A stretch of 64,000 nucleotides of DNA from the human T2T-CHM13v2.0 reference genome, Homo sapiens. A program made the position numbers and the translations under genes. Numbering within the stretch: position 1 is the first letter of the stretch; the number at the start of each line of letters is the position of its first letter. The stretch is from assembly GCF_009914755.1 (NCBI RefSeq), contig NC_060936.1; one strand, written 5' to 3'. The notes under the pieces are model-generated. The model worked only from the letters and a program-made list of their open reading frames with translations. It was not told the DNA's origin and ran no database searches. Positions 13,517-27,042 of the stretch are shown one piece after another.

Positions 13517-14070
13517 AGTCTACCCCTTGTCAACTTGAATCCATATATATCTCCAAATAAAGATGATATGGTCATAATTATGCCTAAAATAATACAGCTA
13601 TCCTTCGTACAACCAGAGGTGCATTAATCCTTAGCCTAAATGCTATTACATAAAGTTAACAACACTTAAATGTTGATATGGAGTCAACAAATCTTATGTC
13701 ACAAGATAAAGGAAAAAGAATGGAAATAAAATGAAGAATTTTCTTAGTGCAAGTGTATACCTGCACAAACATAGTCTTAACAAAATAAGGAGGACATTTT
13801 CAGTCCTCCTTGTCTTACCGTCCTTGTTTCTGCAACTGGCCACACGTTCACCACTAGATAACTAGCTTCTGCCATTACCCATTCTGTATTCCCTTTGCCT
13901 TCAGCAAGAACCTCAGCATATTGTGGTTTTTTTTACCTGGTAGAGTGACCCAAACCTTCATTCCTGAAGGATCTGGGCCATGTGTAGTTCTGCTTGGATT
14001 GGATTGTAGTTTCCCAATGACCTTAATGACAGGGCTTGGTGATACTGAGAGACTCCCTAAGCCTCAAGTC
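13517..14070 (-). mobile_element. HERV-L internal 3' fragment (PPT and degenerate coding end)
   Basis: PPT-like GACAAGGGGTAGACT abuts the LTR; the minus strand reads SPVIKVIGKLQSNPSRTTHGPDPSGMKVWVTLPGKK, resembling the HERV-L pol/dUTPase C-terminal region. Confidence 0.8.
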
Positions 14071-14534
14071 TTCTCTTACGCAAGGCGATGCAGTTCCAGG
14101 TTGTTTGAATGAGCGCCAGGCAGCATTTCCAGCTGCCTGCAGCTGGAAGGATTTCACCTGCCTAGGGCTAGAGCTGGAAATGAAATATTATTGGTTTCTT
14201 TTCTCATGGAGCCTTTGGTCTGTACAGAACAGGTGAGACTTGCTTTACGGCCAGGCTCTGGCCCTGGAGAGCAGTGGGCAAGTCAGTACAGAAAAGATGT
14301 GATTCCAGCAGCTTCCCCTTGTCTAAGCAAGAAGGCAGAGCATTGAGCCCAGTGCAGAAGTTGGGGTAGTTCTGGGGCCCTGAATTGCTTTGTGTGGCCT
14401 GCCTGAGAGGCAGGGACTGTGTTTCATATTTTCTTAAACCACATGTATAAAAGACAGACAATGATTCTACCAATCAGGGTTTCTTAAGGATGCAAAAGAC
14501 ACTTGGTATAATTTGTAAAATACTTAATATATTA

Positions 14535-15118
14535 CAGTCAATTCTTATTATTTGAGATTGCGCATTCCATCAAGTCATCATAATGAATTAGCGCATGTTG
14601 AACCACTGCTTCCAGGAGAAATACAGGGTTAGGTTTCTGGGAGCCACTGGTCCCAACATTCCATCAATCAATACATATACCTGTTTTATGCATATTCCTA
14701 TTTTGAAGCCACAGATATTATGTTAATAACATTATACATTATGTAATATGAATCATTGACTCTTGTAGAATGAAGACATGGCCAACAGCTCTGTAACTTC
14801 TGCCTTTAAGAAGCTGATCTAATACACACATCTCTATAGGCCATATCACAACGTTCTTGAGCCTGAGAACACTAAATAGCACTTGAGCAGTGTGCTTGGG
14901 TGTCATTTATAACAGTAAAGTCATCAACATAACGCATAAAAATGAAAAAAAAAGTGGCATTTGATAGACCACAAAAAGATACTTATGTACAGCATGAAAG
15001 CTTAAACAAGAAGGCTGAGTTTCACCTTATTCAAAGATAGTGATTTTGGGGTTACAAATAAATTTTAGCATGTAAGCAAATTTGCAAATGCAGAATCCAT
15101 AAATAATGAGGATCAGTG
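14535..15118 (+). mobile_element. MER82 (TcMar-Tigger) DNA transposon
   Basis: TA|CAGTCAATTCTTATTATT...GAAATACAGGGTTAGGTT...AATAATGAGGATCAGTG with TIR-like ends. Confidence 0.75.
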
Positions 15119-15339
15119 GGTAGGACTATTACAGGGAAACCCAAAATGCAGTATCCTGAGGACAGCAGCAGTAAGGAACATTGTTGTCATCCCTAGTTCT
15201 AAAGGGACAAGGGCTCAGGGAAGTTTCTGGAACCAGGAGAAGAGTACCATAAAGAGAGTGCTGTGTAGACACGGCCACCTGGTGGGAGCTGGCCAGGATT
15301 CAGTCAGCAGATATAGTCAGCTTGTGACTAATCCCCCAA

Positions 15340-15490
15340 TGAAATATGAATGTTATTATGAATCCCATTCTGTGTGTGAGTACTCGAAGACACAGAGAGA
15401 TTGAATAAATTATCCAAGGTCTCACACTGAGCCAGGAAGTTACAGAATAAACATAAAAACCCAAGCAATCAGGCTCTGAAAAAACCTTCT
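15340..15490 (-). mobile_element. MIR
   Basis: CCCATTCTGTG...TCCAAGGTCTCACACTG...CCCAAGCAATCAGGCTCTGAA. Confidence 0.6.
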
Positions 15491-15601
15491 TAATAACTCC
15501 GTTGAAAGAATTGTGCAGTCTCTGGGAAAACAAGAAATGGTGAGTGGAGACACACGCACAAGGCCCCTTTAAGTGACCCATGGCAGCCAGAGGAAGATGT
15601 T

Positions 15602-16024
15602 TGTTAGGCTTTGAAGGGAAGGTGGGGGTTAAAGAAAGACACACAGAGAGAGTTGGCGGCTCTACAGCAAATGCAGGTTCTATGTCCAGCATAAGACTGG
15701 CAGAGGTGGGGGACCAGCTTAATGCCCACTGCTGCTTACAGGCTGGGGCAATTATAGGCCTGGATGAGAGGGCTCTCAGAGAGGAAGGGGCATGGTCTGC
15801 TGCCTGGAAAAATGTTGATAACAAATTCCCATGATGAGGCGGTTTGGCCCCTGTTCTGACGGAATGTGATGTTCCTTGCACTTCTTCCCCCAGAAGGTGA
15901 TAAAGTCAGGCAGTTGGGCAGGCTGTCATTGCCCGAGCCCCTGTGGAATGTCTCACTTTGACCAAGGTCTGTGAAATGGTGTGGGGGCGGAGGGTGCTTA
16001 GAAAATGGTGCAGCTTAGACTAGA
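15602..16024 (-). mobile_element. ERV1 solo LTR (MER48-like)
   Basis: Minus strand TAGTCTAAGCTGCACCATTTT...CAGACCTTGGTCAAAGTGAGACATTCCACAGGGG...CCTAACA; subfamily from memory. Confidence 0.6.
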
Positions 16025-17125
16025 GGTGTTTCCCTATTGGTTTCGGAGCAACGCGTTGACATCCCCACTAAAATTTCTTGAGTATTTTGAATTGTTAAAA
16101 TCTAAGAAGGTAGAAAAAAGCAAAACCAATAACATATGTTTTTTTCTTCTCATCATAGGGGCTTTCATTTATGCATGGACACATTCATTATTGAACCCCA
16201 CTTCTGTGCCATGCACTTTACCAGGTGCTCAGTAAACACATTAATAAAGCAGGCATGGTTTATCCCGAGACGACATGCACTGAGAGGACATTTCTGTTTT
16301 CCAACAGGAGCACAGTTCAGCACAGCACTGGTTCAGCATGGGCCAATTCCTTGCCCTGACATTGTAGGACATTGTGAAGCCTCCACCTGGGTCACAATGA
16401 CCCTCGGTACCTGTTAATGTATGCACCTTCATCATGAACCCGGAGTATTAAACAACAAATGAGGCTTCCTGCAGTCACTAAGGATCACGATTCTAAATAA
16501 ATCTGAGAAGCTCAGCAATAGAGGTCGCCCCCTCCCCCGGGCGGAGTCCTTGATATCTGAAACAAGGCTTCACATCATCTGGCATTAAACTATGGGGCTG
16601 CTTGAAGGCAGAATTTGTCTTATTCTGATGTAGGATGACCAAAACATCTGGAGAAACAAATTGGGGTGAGCCCTCTCCAAGCGTGTTAATAAAATACTAG
16701 TTGTCAGCATAAGACAGACGACAAGGCAAGGTCAGTAAGGCCTGGGGCTTAATTGATTTGTCTTCCAGGAAATTAAGGGAGTGAGCACAGGGACTCACAC
16801 CCAGATATCAGGTGGAACAGTCATTAAAAGCCTATTAGAGGAACCGATCCAGTCAAAAGACCTAAAATAAGCAAAGAAAGAGGATATTTCTTCACCACAA
16901 GCTCTATCTCAATCTGCTTCTTCATACAAACATCCTTTTTGTTTTACTGTGCCCAAAATAATTAATATACTAGGACAACTTGAAGTGCAAAAACTCCTGT
17001 GTCTGAAGTGAGAGGCTACTGTACAGATGAGGGAAAGTCAAGTTCTCAAACTCTAGATTCTAGAACCTAGAAGACTGAAAGGGATTTCTTCTCTAGGCAC
17101 AAGGTTTATTCTAGGTGAGATGTTA

Positions 17126-17442
<317 letters not shown>

Positions 17443-17482
17443 TTAGAATGTGTTTTATAATGTCTCAATATCTGGAAATGTG

Positions 17483-17765
17483 TGGCAGAGATAGAAACAT
17501 ACATATATCAGTGAGATTTTTATTTCTCAGATTCACCCACAGCTAAACTGGGGGTCATGTGACTCACTCTGGGAAAGCAAGTGATGCCTATCACTTCTGG
17601 AATGAGGTATTTAAAAGCTGATGTACTTTTTTATCTCTCTCTCTTTTCCCTTGCTACAAAGACCCAGAAGCCACTTGCTCCACATCTGCAGTTACAAGGC
17701 AGAACAAATTTGCCAGAACCAAGCTACAGGTACTACTATGAATTTAGTGTGTATTGGTAGTTGGT
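17483..17765 (+). mobile_element. Old MLT1 (MLT1J-like) LTR fragment
   Basis: TGTGGCAGA...GGGGTCATGTGACT...AAGTGATGCCTATCACTTCTGG. Confidence 0.5.
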
Positions 17766-20071
17766 GATAAACCCCCTGACTAATCCGAAATATGTCTTTC
17801 CAATTCGTTCTCAAAAGCCCAAACCAGTAATATAGAAATGGCTGTTTTTCCAGGCAACAAAATCCAGAAATAGAGTTCCTCTGTTTCAGCCCGAGGCTAC
17901 TGTATAGGAGGCAGAAATGTTTGTTATTAGATTCTAAAATAGTAACAATACATCCACGGTGGCACAATTCCCAAATCTGATGGAAGGTCGGAGCTCTCTG
18001 GGCTTATAGTGATGAATTAAGTTCACATGAGCTAAGCAGATTCAATAAATCATAAGAAGATTCTATTGACTATACTGTGAATAAAGCTTGAGCCAGAAGC
18101 CTGACATTATATACAACTTAAACTAAGAATAATAGTTCCTTCTCTGGTCATTTACCCGATAGGTAGAATAAAATATCAGAGCTGAAGGAGCTTTCAAAAA
18201 TGATCCTAATGAATCCCCTTGGTTTAGTCCCAAGATTTATTATGTTCCATGGGCTTTGATGGACACGGAGATAAAGGATACATGACACCCAACACCTTTC
18301 CGCACGCTTATAGTTTACATAAAAAATATTCAGAAACTAAAAATTGACAGATGCATACATTAGGTTTATATAAAGGGTACTATGCAGACTTAGAAAGGGG
18401 GTACCTAGCTCAGCTTGGAGTTCAGATAAAGCTTCCAGAAACAATGAGAACCAAGTTAGATTATGAAGAATGTCAGGCAGAAAATATAGAGATTTTCCAA
18501 AAAGAGGAAATCTGTGAGCAAAGGAGTAAAACTATGAAACAGCATGGCACAGAAACCTCAGATGCATGCATGGCCCTTTCTGTGTTTCACAGGTTGATCT
18601 CAATTCTTTCTACATCAAATTTAGTTGGATATTGCTTAAGTGTAAAATGGAGAAATGGTGGTGTACAAAGTTGGATAATATAGACCAGAAGGGAAATCTA
18701 CTTAGTGAAGGTAGGTTATTAGTAAATGTTTTATTTGTTTGAAGGGCTTTAGAGGCATTAGTATGTGGTAATATAAGAATCCTAGTATAATTTTAAATAG
18801 GTTGTATTAAATTAGTAGGTTTAGGGGAAGACATCTTAGTAAGAAATGGTATGAAAATACAGGCAAGAAAATAAAGAAGCAATACTGGGGAGACTACATC
18901 CTTCTAAGGACAAAAATTACGGGATCCAAGTATGTTAGTTGAGTCTAACCTGGTGGGTGAAGATATCTCAGGATGAGTAGTTACGTCTACATCAGCCTTG
19001 CTTAAAAGATCCCCTCCTTGTGATAATGATATTATACATCAACACCAATGCACAGGAAATAAATGAAAGTGAGTGGTGCCATGATACCTGGTGTTGCAGG
19101 TTCCACTTTGGAAGAGGGTCTGAATTAAAGTTTGGGAAGGGTTTTTTCTAAAGATAGAGAGTGAATTCCTATAAGAAAGAGCCTGGGTAGTCAAGGCATG
19201 AGATGCACCGAGCCTGGGAGCCTGGGGGCCTGGGAGTGTTTGGACCTTGCCTTCAGAAATCACACGGGGATCCAGAGGTGTTAATTAAGTACAGGGAAGT
19301 CGAGGAGGCTGAATCATGAACTCTCACAGACAGAGTCCTGATGGAAGAATTTACCCAAAACTCTTAGATGACTTAGCAACAGCTCTTCAGTGACAGGCAC
19401 CCCAAACCAGACATGTGTATGACGTCATCGGGCTCCACGCACTAATTTCAAAGTGAGGAAGGCTCAGTTGTTCCCTGGGGAAAGTAAGATTTTAATCTGA
19501 TTTTTTATTTTCCTCATGCTTCCTTTTTATCCCTCTGACCTTGTTTTTTCTTATCACTGAAATGAGATATATTCACTTTGCACAAGTAGCAATGTTGTAT
19601 GTAAGAGCATCTCTGATCATCTACAGATGGCCTGATTCTCAAATTGCAGGCTTTAATTTTTGAATAAAATGTCATGTGTTTCAAATCTTGGAACATTTTC
19701 AATAAAAAGAAAATCATTTTGAGAAATAGTTTGTGCATATGGTTAAATATTAAATCTGTGTTAAGATGGGATTTTAGATGTTTTCAAATATGGTGTGGAA
19801 TGGCAATCCTTCAATAATATCCTAAATATATAAAGAACTCTTAGAAATAAAAAAGAAACAAACAAAACAAAATTTAAAATGTGAGTAGGTATTTCTTCTT
19901 TACCAAAGAAGAAATAGAACTGAAAAATAAACCTCAACATTTTCAATAACAAAACACATTACAGGTACATTTATACTCATAATATTTTAAATTAGATATA
20001 TAATTTTACACACAGAATATTAATAATCCAAGCTTGAAAAGTACATTGGATATTAGTACAAACTGCTGGGG

Positions 20072-20435
20072 TGCATTAGTCTTTTCTCATGTCACTAATA
20101 AAGACATACACGAGACTGAGTAATTTATAAAGGAAAGAGGTTTAATTGACTCACAGTTCCACATAGCTGGGGAAGATTCACAATCATGGTGCAAGGCAAA
20201 GGAGGAGCAAAGGCATGTCCTACATGGCAGCAGGCAAGAGAATCTGTGTAGGGGAACTGCCATGTATGAAACCATCAGATCTCATGAGACTTATTCACTA
20301 TTACAGGAATAGCATGGGAAAAACCCACCCTCATTAATCAATTACCTTGCACTGGGTCCCTCCCATGACACATGGGGATTATGGGAGATACAATTCAAGA
20401 TGAGATTTGGGTGGGGACACAGCCAAACCATAACA
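20072..20435 (-). mobile_element. THE1 (THE1C/D-like) MaLR solo LTR
   Basis: GAGGTTTAATTGACTCACAGTTCCAC...GAGATTTGGGTGGGGACACAGCCAAACC; 5-bp TSD TGGGG (20067-20071 / 20436-20440). Confidence 0.92.
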
Positions 20436-20659
20436 TGGGGAGATTGTATATTAGTGAAACTTTTCCTAAGGCACTTTTGCAATATGTTTCAAAAACTTGA
20501 ACAATATATAACCTTTAATCTAGCTGTCTTATATTTGCGATATTAACCCTAAGATTTTATTCACATATTTTGGTTCTTTTTACATTGCTTAAAATAAAAA
20601 TTGGGAACAAACTAAATGTCTAAAATTCATGAATGAGTCAAATTTGAGTTAAATGCATA

Positions 20660-21009
20660 CAAGGTTGCAAACTGGAAGCTAGGAGGACAATACAGCCTAG
20701 AGGTATTTTTTCTGTGGCCAACTCAGTGATTTTTTTTAAAAGTTCATTTACTTGCCAATATTTATAAATATGCTTTTAAAATAAATCCTGGAATGTTGGT
20801 TTGCCTCAAAACACCAGAACATCCATAAACACTGCATCTTAACATGACAGAAATTGGCCACGGTAAAATATGAACTGCTTTCCTTAGACTGTGTAAGCAT
20901 TTTCCTGTTTATTCCAGTACCCATCACTCTATTGATATATACTTAATCATTACTTCAATCATTTCCATCACCTGTCTGGATATTGAAGTATTTAAGTTCA
21001 TGGTTCCTG
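20660..21009 (+). mobile_element. MER102-like hAT-Charlie element
   Basis: CAAGGTTGCAAACTGG...TGGCCAACTCAGTG...CCAGTACCCATCACTCTATTG. Confidence 0.55.
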
Positions 21010-22956
21010 GTGTATATAAAACATAGCTCATTTATATAATGTAATATTAGCCAGCCACTAAAAAGAAGGTACTGCTGAAAAATACTAATAGAAAAAGATA
21101 TGCATGATATTAAAAAACAAACATGTTATCAACTATTGTTTACAACAGAATTATTTTCTTGACTCCAAAATGCAAAGAGTAAAAGACTAGAAGATTTGAA
21201 TCCAAATCGTAACAGAGGCTGTCTCTGACTGTTAGAACAGCTGGCAGTTTTTATTTTCTTCCTTCTCCTTATCTGTGATTTCCAAATGTTCCACAATGTG
21301 CACCTTTGCCTTCATCTCATTTTCCTCCTCGTCTCCTGCCTCTACGCACTCACCCCAGGGCCTTGGCTGCTCCCTGGAGTGCTCTGCTACAGGTCTCTGT
21401 CTTGACCTTTCTTGGCTCCAGTGACATCCTATGTCTGACTCCATGGAAGCTGATAGTAAGAGCAAAGCCTTGTTGGCAGTGTCCAGTTCTGCTCCTCCAT
21501 CTTGGAGCTCAGCTCTCTGAGTCTCCATTACTTAATGTTAGCTTGAGCATTGTGAAACCTTAATAACAGGCTGCAAGACTCAGAGATCTGAAACGTGTAA
21601 CAAGATTATCTGTTGGGAAATAATTGTAACAGGACATGGAAGGGAGAGAAAGCGAGACTCAGAGAGAGAGAAAAAGATATTGCTCTTACCATCTTCATTG
21701 TATCCATGACTGGCATACAATTTTGATTGATAAAAATCTTTCTGCAGGGAATTTCTCCCTGGCCTGCTGAGAGGAGAAAACACATCTGTCCTAGGTGTGT
21801 AAATAATTGCATCCTTTGCTTCTCTACAGAGTCAGCAATGTGGCATTTCATTTCTAATTATGGGCACTGAGGTCAGTCCTCCCTGAGTTTCTAAAACACC
21901 ACCTCAGTGGGCTCCCAATGCTGGGATTAAAGCCCTGAAAAAAAAAAATAATTCTCACATTTTCCCTTCTTGTTTGGGCTTATATTCTGATGACCTTAAA
22001 AAATACAGGATGCTTTTACTAATCCTAATCTACATATGACTGTGAAAATGCACAGTTATCTTAGAGCAGCAAGGGAAAAAAAGAAAATATTAAAGTGAAG
22101 AAACGTTCCTCCCTCGCAGGGAAAACTTTTTAAAATACCTCAGTGTCATGTTTTTTAACCATAAGCAAAGATTCTATTTTAATTAAAACCACCACCATTT
22201 CTCCTTCCTCAAAAGTACTTCTACGAGAAGCAACGGCCTCTTTTCCGCTCTAGCCTGCTGGAAGTGAACTCACGATTCTGCAAAGGTCTTTTCTCTACCT
22301 TGGTTTTTTCAGCAGACATCCCTGTTGCTATGTGTCTGAAGAGATGCCACAGCTGCTGATATGCTAATTCCTGCTTACTTCCAAATAGGCCTGGGTTTGT
22401 TTTGTACTTCATCAGCTGTCTACAAAAACGTTTGAGAAATAACTCCAGGTCTTTACAAAGAGAACACAGTAGTGTCTTACTGTGGGCTTTTGAAGCATCA
22501 GCACAGAGAAGAGCTCTGTAGAGAGCAGATGTTGCCCGCAGCCTTTGGGACTCCATTCCTTGGCTCAACAAAGATGGGTTACTTTTGCAATTAGAAAAAG
22601 ACAAAAGAGGCAAACGATTAATACATGTATGCTCTTTAGCCTAGGAGGCAAAAAAATCATCATTTGATGATTTTTATCCCATTGTTCTCACTTATGAAAA
22701 ATAAGAGATACTAAGCCCACACACACAGACAGACACTCAAAAATGCACGGCTTCTTTTGAAATACTGGAATACAGGCAATACTGAGTTCACATATCCCAT
22801 GGGCACATGTACGGGAGCTGAGTAACAGGCATCCTTTCGGCGGCATGAATGTTCAAGTTCACCAGTGTCCCCTACTTAGAGGTCCATGTTGCTGCACTGT
22901 GTACTTTCACTCATGTGTGTTATCTACTGAGTGATTGTAGACACTTGTGGTGTTGA

Positions 22957-23210
22957 TTTTTTTTTTTTTTTTTAGAAAGGATATCCCGCTGTCACCCAAG
23001 CTGGAGTGCAGTGGTGCAATCACAGCTCACTGTAGCCTCGACCTCCCAGGCTCAAGCTGATCCCCCTCAGCCTCCTGAGTAGCTGCGACCACAGGTGCAT
23101 GCCACCCCACCTGGATAATATTTTAATGATTTTAGTAGAGACAGGGTCTCCCTGTGTTACTCAGGCTGATCTTGAGCTCCTGGACTCGGGCAATCCTCCT
23201 CCCTGGCCTC
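22957..23210 (-). mobile_element. AluJ, 5'-truncated
   Basis: Poly(T) then GCTGGAGTGCAGTGGTGCAATCACAGCTCACTG...CCCAGGCTCAAG. Confidence 0.9.
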
Positions 23211-23364
23211 TGTAGACATTTGAACGTGTGATCCTGATAAATTTTTGAACATGTTTTGTTAATTTAATTAGAATAGAAAGTTAAGAAATTTGCAAGGCAC
23301 AATAACTCTGGAACTAAAGACGCCAAGCTGATACTCTATCCCTGATGATTGCCAGAAACTACCT

Positions 23365-23765
23365 TCTTAGTAATCACACCATGATGCTATTTGCTCTTTT
23401 ACTCTTTCTCCCATGAGTGTGCAGTGGAGTTTCTCAGAGGCTACAAGATACTGCAACAGAATGAACACACACACAGCTGTTTCCTATTAAGTTGTACAAA
23501 GAAGAGATTAGTAAACATGCAAAATACTTCCATTCTCCTCCCTCACTTTTTTGGAATAAGTTATTTCTATAAAAATAGGCTGTTTATATTACCATGTAAT
23601 GTATTTAGTATTTTTAAAAACAGGCATCAAAGGCATTTCTGTTTTAATTTCTAATATAATAAATATTGATGGATAGGACCCTCAATAAATAAAAGTCCTT
23701 TAGAGTTATTAATAATATGTAACAGTATAAAGGGGTCCTGGGGCTAAAATAATTGACATTTACTG
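23365..23765 (+). mobile_element. Charlie1-like hAT terminal fragment
   Basis: GAGTGTGCAGTGGAGTTTCTCAGAGGCTACA...AAAGGGGTCCTG...ACTG resembles the Charlie1 3' end. Confidence 0.65.
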
Positions 23766-23894
23766 ATTTAGGGCCATATGAGAAGTGTAACTACTTTCTT
23801 TCAGTGCCTTTCTCTGAACTTAAGATTTTCTGAACATTCCAAGCTATTTGCGATTTGCGCATGTGCTAATGGTTTCTTATTTATTACACAAGCA

Positions 23895-24067
23895 TTTTAT
23901 TTTTTATTTTTAAGTTCAGGGTACAAGTGCAGTTTTGTTCCATAGGTAAACTTGTGTCATGGGGGTCTGTTGTACAGATTATTTTATTGCCCAGGTATTA
24001 AGCCTAGTACCCATTAGTTATTTTTCCTGATCCCCTCCCTCTGCCAACCCTTCACCCTCTGAAAGGC
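23895..24067 (-). mobile_element. Short L1PB/L1MA 3' end
   Basis: GGTAAACTTGTGTCATGGGG...CCCAGGTATTAAGCCTAGTACCCATTAG; flanks CACAAGCATTTTA / CACAAACATTTTA (TSD). Confidence 0.85.
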
Positions 24068-24104
24068 ACAAACATTTTAATAAGCAGGTTCTTACTGAGA
24101 CAAA

Positions 24105-24181
24105 TATGTATGTATGCATGTATGTGCATATGTGTATATATGTATATGTGCATATGTATATGTGTACACACACACACACAC
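24105..24181. repeat. (TATG/TG)n-(CA)n compound microsatellite
   Basis: Directly visible. Confidence 0.9.
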
Positions 24182-26161
24182 CTTTCTTTGCAATTCTGCA
24201 AACTTAGTTCTGGATTCATGAAGCCTGTTACTTTCTCTTTATGTTGCTCTTATTCAGTTCATCCTCCTCCCTGAAATTACAGATGTTAGAGATGGAAAGT
24301 AATGAATACAGTTCACCGTAGTCTTTTATTTTACAGATGGGGAAACTGAGGCCTGGAGTAACCAGTCATATTGCTTCCATGCTGGGAACTCTCCAATGAC
24401 ATATCGCACAATACAGAGCCAACCTCAAGTTCCCCACCATAGACCACAAGGACTTGCAAGTTCTAACCTTGCCCAATCTCCCTTATACGCCCTCAGTCCA
24501 TGTGCCTCTGTGATGATGGATTGGGTCCTTCTTGGCTTCCTCCAAAGGGGCAGAACTGCTCTGGAAGGTTCCTCATGGCATTGGCAATGATCTTATTCTA
24601 TGCTGCTTAAAGAGATTAAATTGACTTTGCTCTTGTTACATAATTAATGGTTAAGAATAAAATTCTGAACATTTTCAAGGAAACTTTTAATCCTAAAGCA
24701 GGTTTTGTATGCCTAAGCTTTGGTATGTTTTCCCACTCAACACTCAGAAATAAGCAGGGAACTTTCTAAAATAAATAACTGTTATTCTTTTTCCCCCAGG
24801 ACTTACATTTTATCTATAAATGCATTTGTCTTTTAGTTTAGTTTATTTAGGTAGAATTAAAGTAGTTTTAACTTAGTTTTCCCAATGAAATTAGATTTTA
24901 GGTACATGAGAAAAAGATTAGTAAATCAAAGACCATTTAATTACTATTGATTGAGGTGGTCACTATTGTCATCTACCCTCTCAGCCAACTTTGTCTTTAT
25001 TTAATGGGTGCTGAATGAAATCGCTCAAGTGTACAGGAAAGTCTTTTGACACTCGTATCTTGTCTAATGAAACAATGCATTTGATCTTGGGTTCCCACAA
25101 TGGCCTGGTTTGCATCTTAAATCCTGATTTACTGTACTCAGTGAAGAAGAACACATTCATTCACCCTCTGGGGCTTTTCTCTGCCCATTGTTTCTTGAGT
25201 TTATATTTTCCTGCCCATTAAGCAGAAAAGGCTACAGCAGCTGCCCATCCTCTAAAGCACTGGACGTGTTTTCTCTGCCAGTCCCTGGATCGTGATAGAT
25301 GATCACACTCTAGCCCTGCTCACTTGTGCATCCAGACCCTGCAGCTTCTCATTGCAGGATATCTCGCTCTATCACGCACACAGCTCAGTCCCCTTCTCCT
25401 GGGCTTCCCCAGCCCCACCACTGAGAGCCTGGCAAAAACAAACAAACAAACAAACAGCAACCAAAAAAACCCAAAAACAAACAAAATAAAAAGTAACAAA
25501 ACATATAGGCACAATGATATTTGTGATATTTGTGAGAGCATCATTAACACAGAAAACTAGGGAAAGAAACTAGGCAAATGCAGTTGGGACTACCAGTATT
25601 TTCTCAAGGATTCTACAGCACCCAGGGTCCCAGGAACAATCCCTTACTCAAAAGAGAGGAAGTCAGCTGCAAGACGGATGGGCCATAGGAGTTTTTGTTT
25701 GAAACCCTGTTTTTCATTTTTTTGGGTACCCACCTAGGAGTGGAATTGCTGGGCCATATGATAACTCTACGTTTAGCTTATTGAGGAACCAACAAACTGT
25801 TTCTATAGAGGCTGCACCATGTTACATTCTTACTAGCAATGAATAAGGGCTCCAATTTCTCCATATCATCACCATCACTTGCCATTTTCCTTCTTTCTTT
25901 CCCTCTTTCTTTTTTCTTTTCTGCCTGTCTTTCCTTCTTTCTTTTGCTTTTCAATTTTTCATGGCCATCCTAGTGTGTGTGAAGTGATATCTCAATATGG
26001 TTTTGATTTGCATTTTCCTAATGAGTGATGTCATGGAGAATCTTTTCATATATTTGTTGGTCATTTGTACATCTTCTTTGGAGAAACGTATATTTACCTT
26101 GTCAATTTAAAAACTGGTATTTGTCTTTTCTGAGTTGGAATTTTAAAATATATTCTAGATA

Positions 26162-26578
<417 letters not shown>

Positions 26579-26733
26579 CTAGGGAGGAAAGGAATAGGAA
26601 GTGATGGCTTAATGGGTAGGAGGTTTTTCTTTGGGTGACACAAATTTCTAGAAACTACTTACTAGTAATGATTGCACAACATTATGAATGCATTTGATGC
26701 CATCGCAGCATACACTTTAAAATGCTTAAATTT

Positions 26734-27042
26734 GGCCAGGCACGGTGGCTCATGCCTGTAATCCCAACACTCTGGGAGGCTGAGGCGAGAGGATTGTTTG
26801 AGCCCAAGAGTTCAAGTCCAGTGTGGGCAAGGTGGTGAAACCCCATCTCTGCAAAACAAATACAAAAATTAGCCGGGTGTGGTGGTGCATGCCTGTAGTC
26901 CCAGTTACTCAGGAAGTTGAGGTGGGAGAATTGCTTGCTTGAGCCTGGGAGGCTGAAGCTGCATTGAGCCCAGATTGTGCCACTTAACTCCAGCCTGAGT
27001 GATAGAATGAGACCCAGGCTCATACATAATAATAAAATAAAG
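26734..27042 (+). mobile_element. AluJ
   Basis: GGCCAGGCACGGTGGC...TTGAGCCCAAGAG; TGCTTAAA on both flanks. Confidence 0.92.

Noticed and set aside
15300-15881. 193-aa ORF on the minus strand
   Set aside because: It runs through an ERV1 LTR and a MIR, with no recognisable domain
22221-22613. 130-aa ORF in apparently unique sequence
   Set aside because: No recognisable homology or exon structure and a non-ATG start; a TBLASTN/PhyloCSF check would settle it
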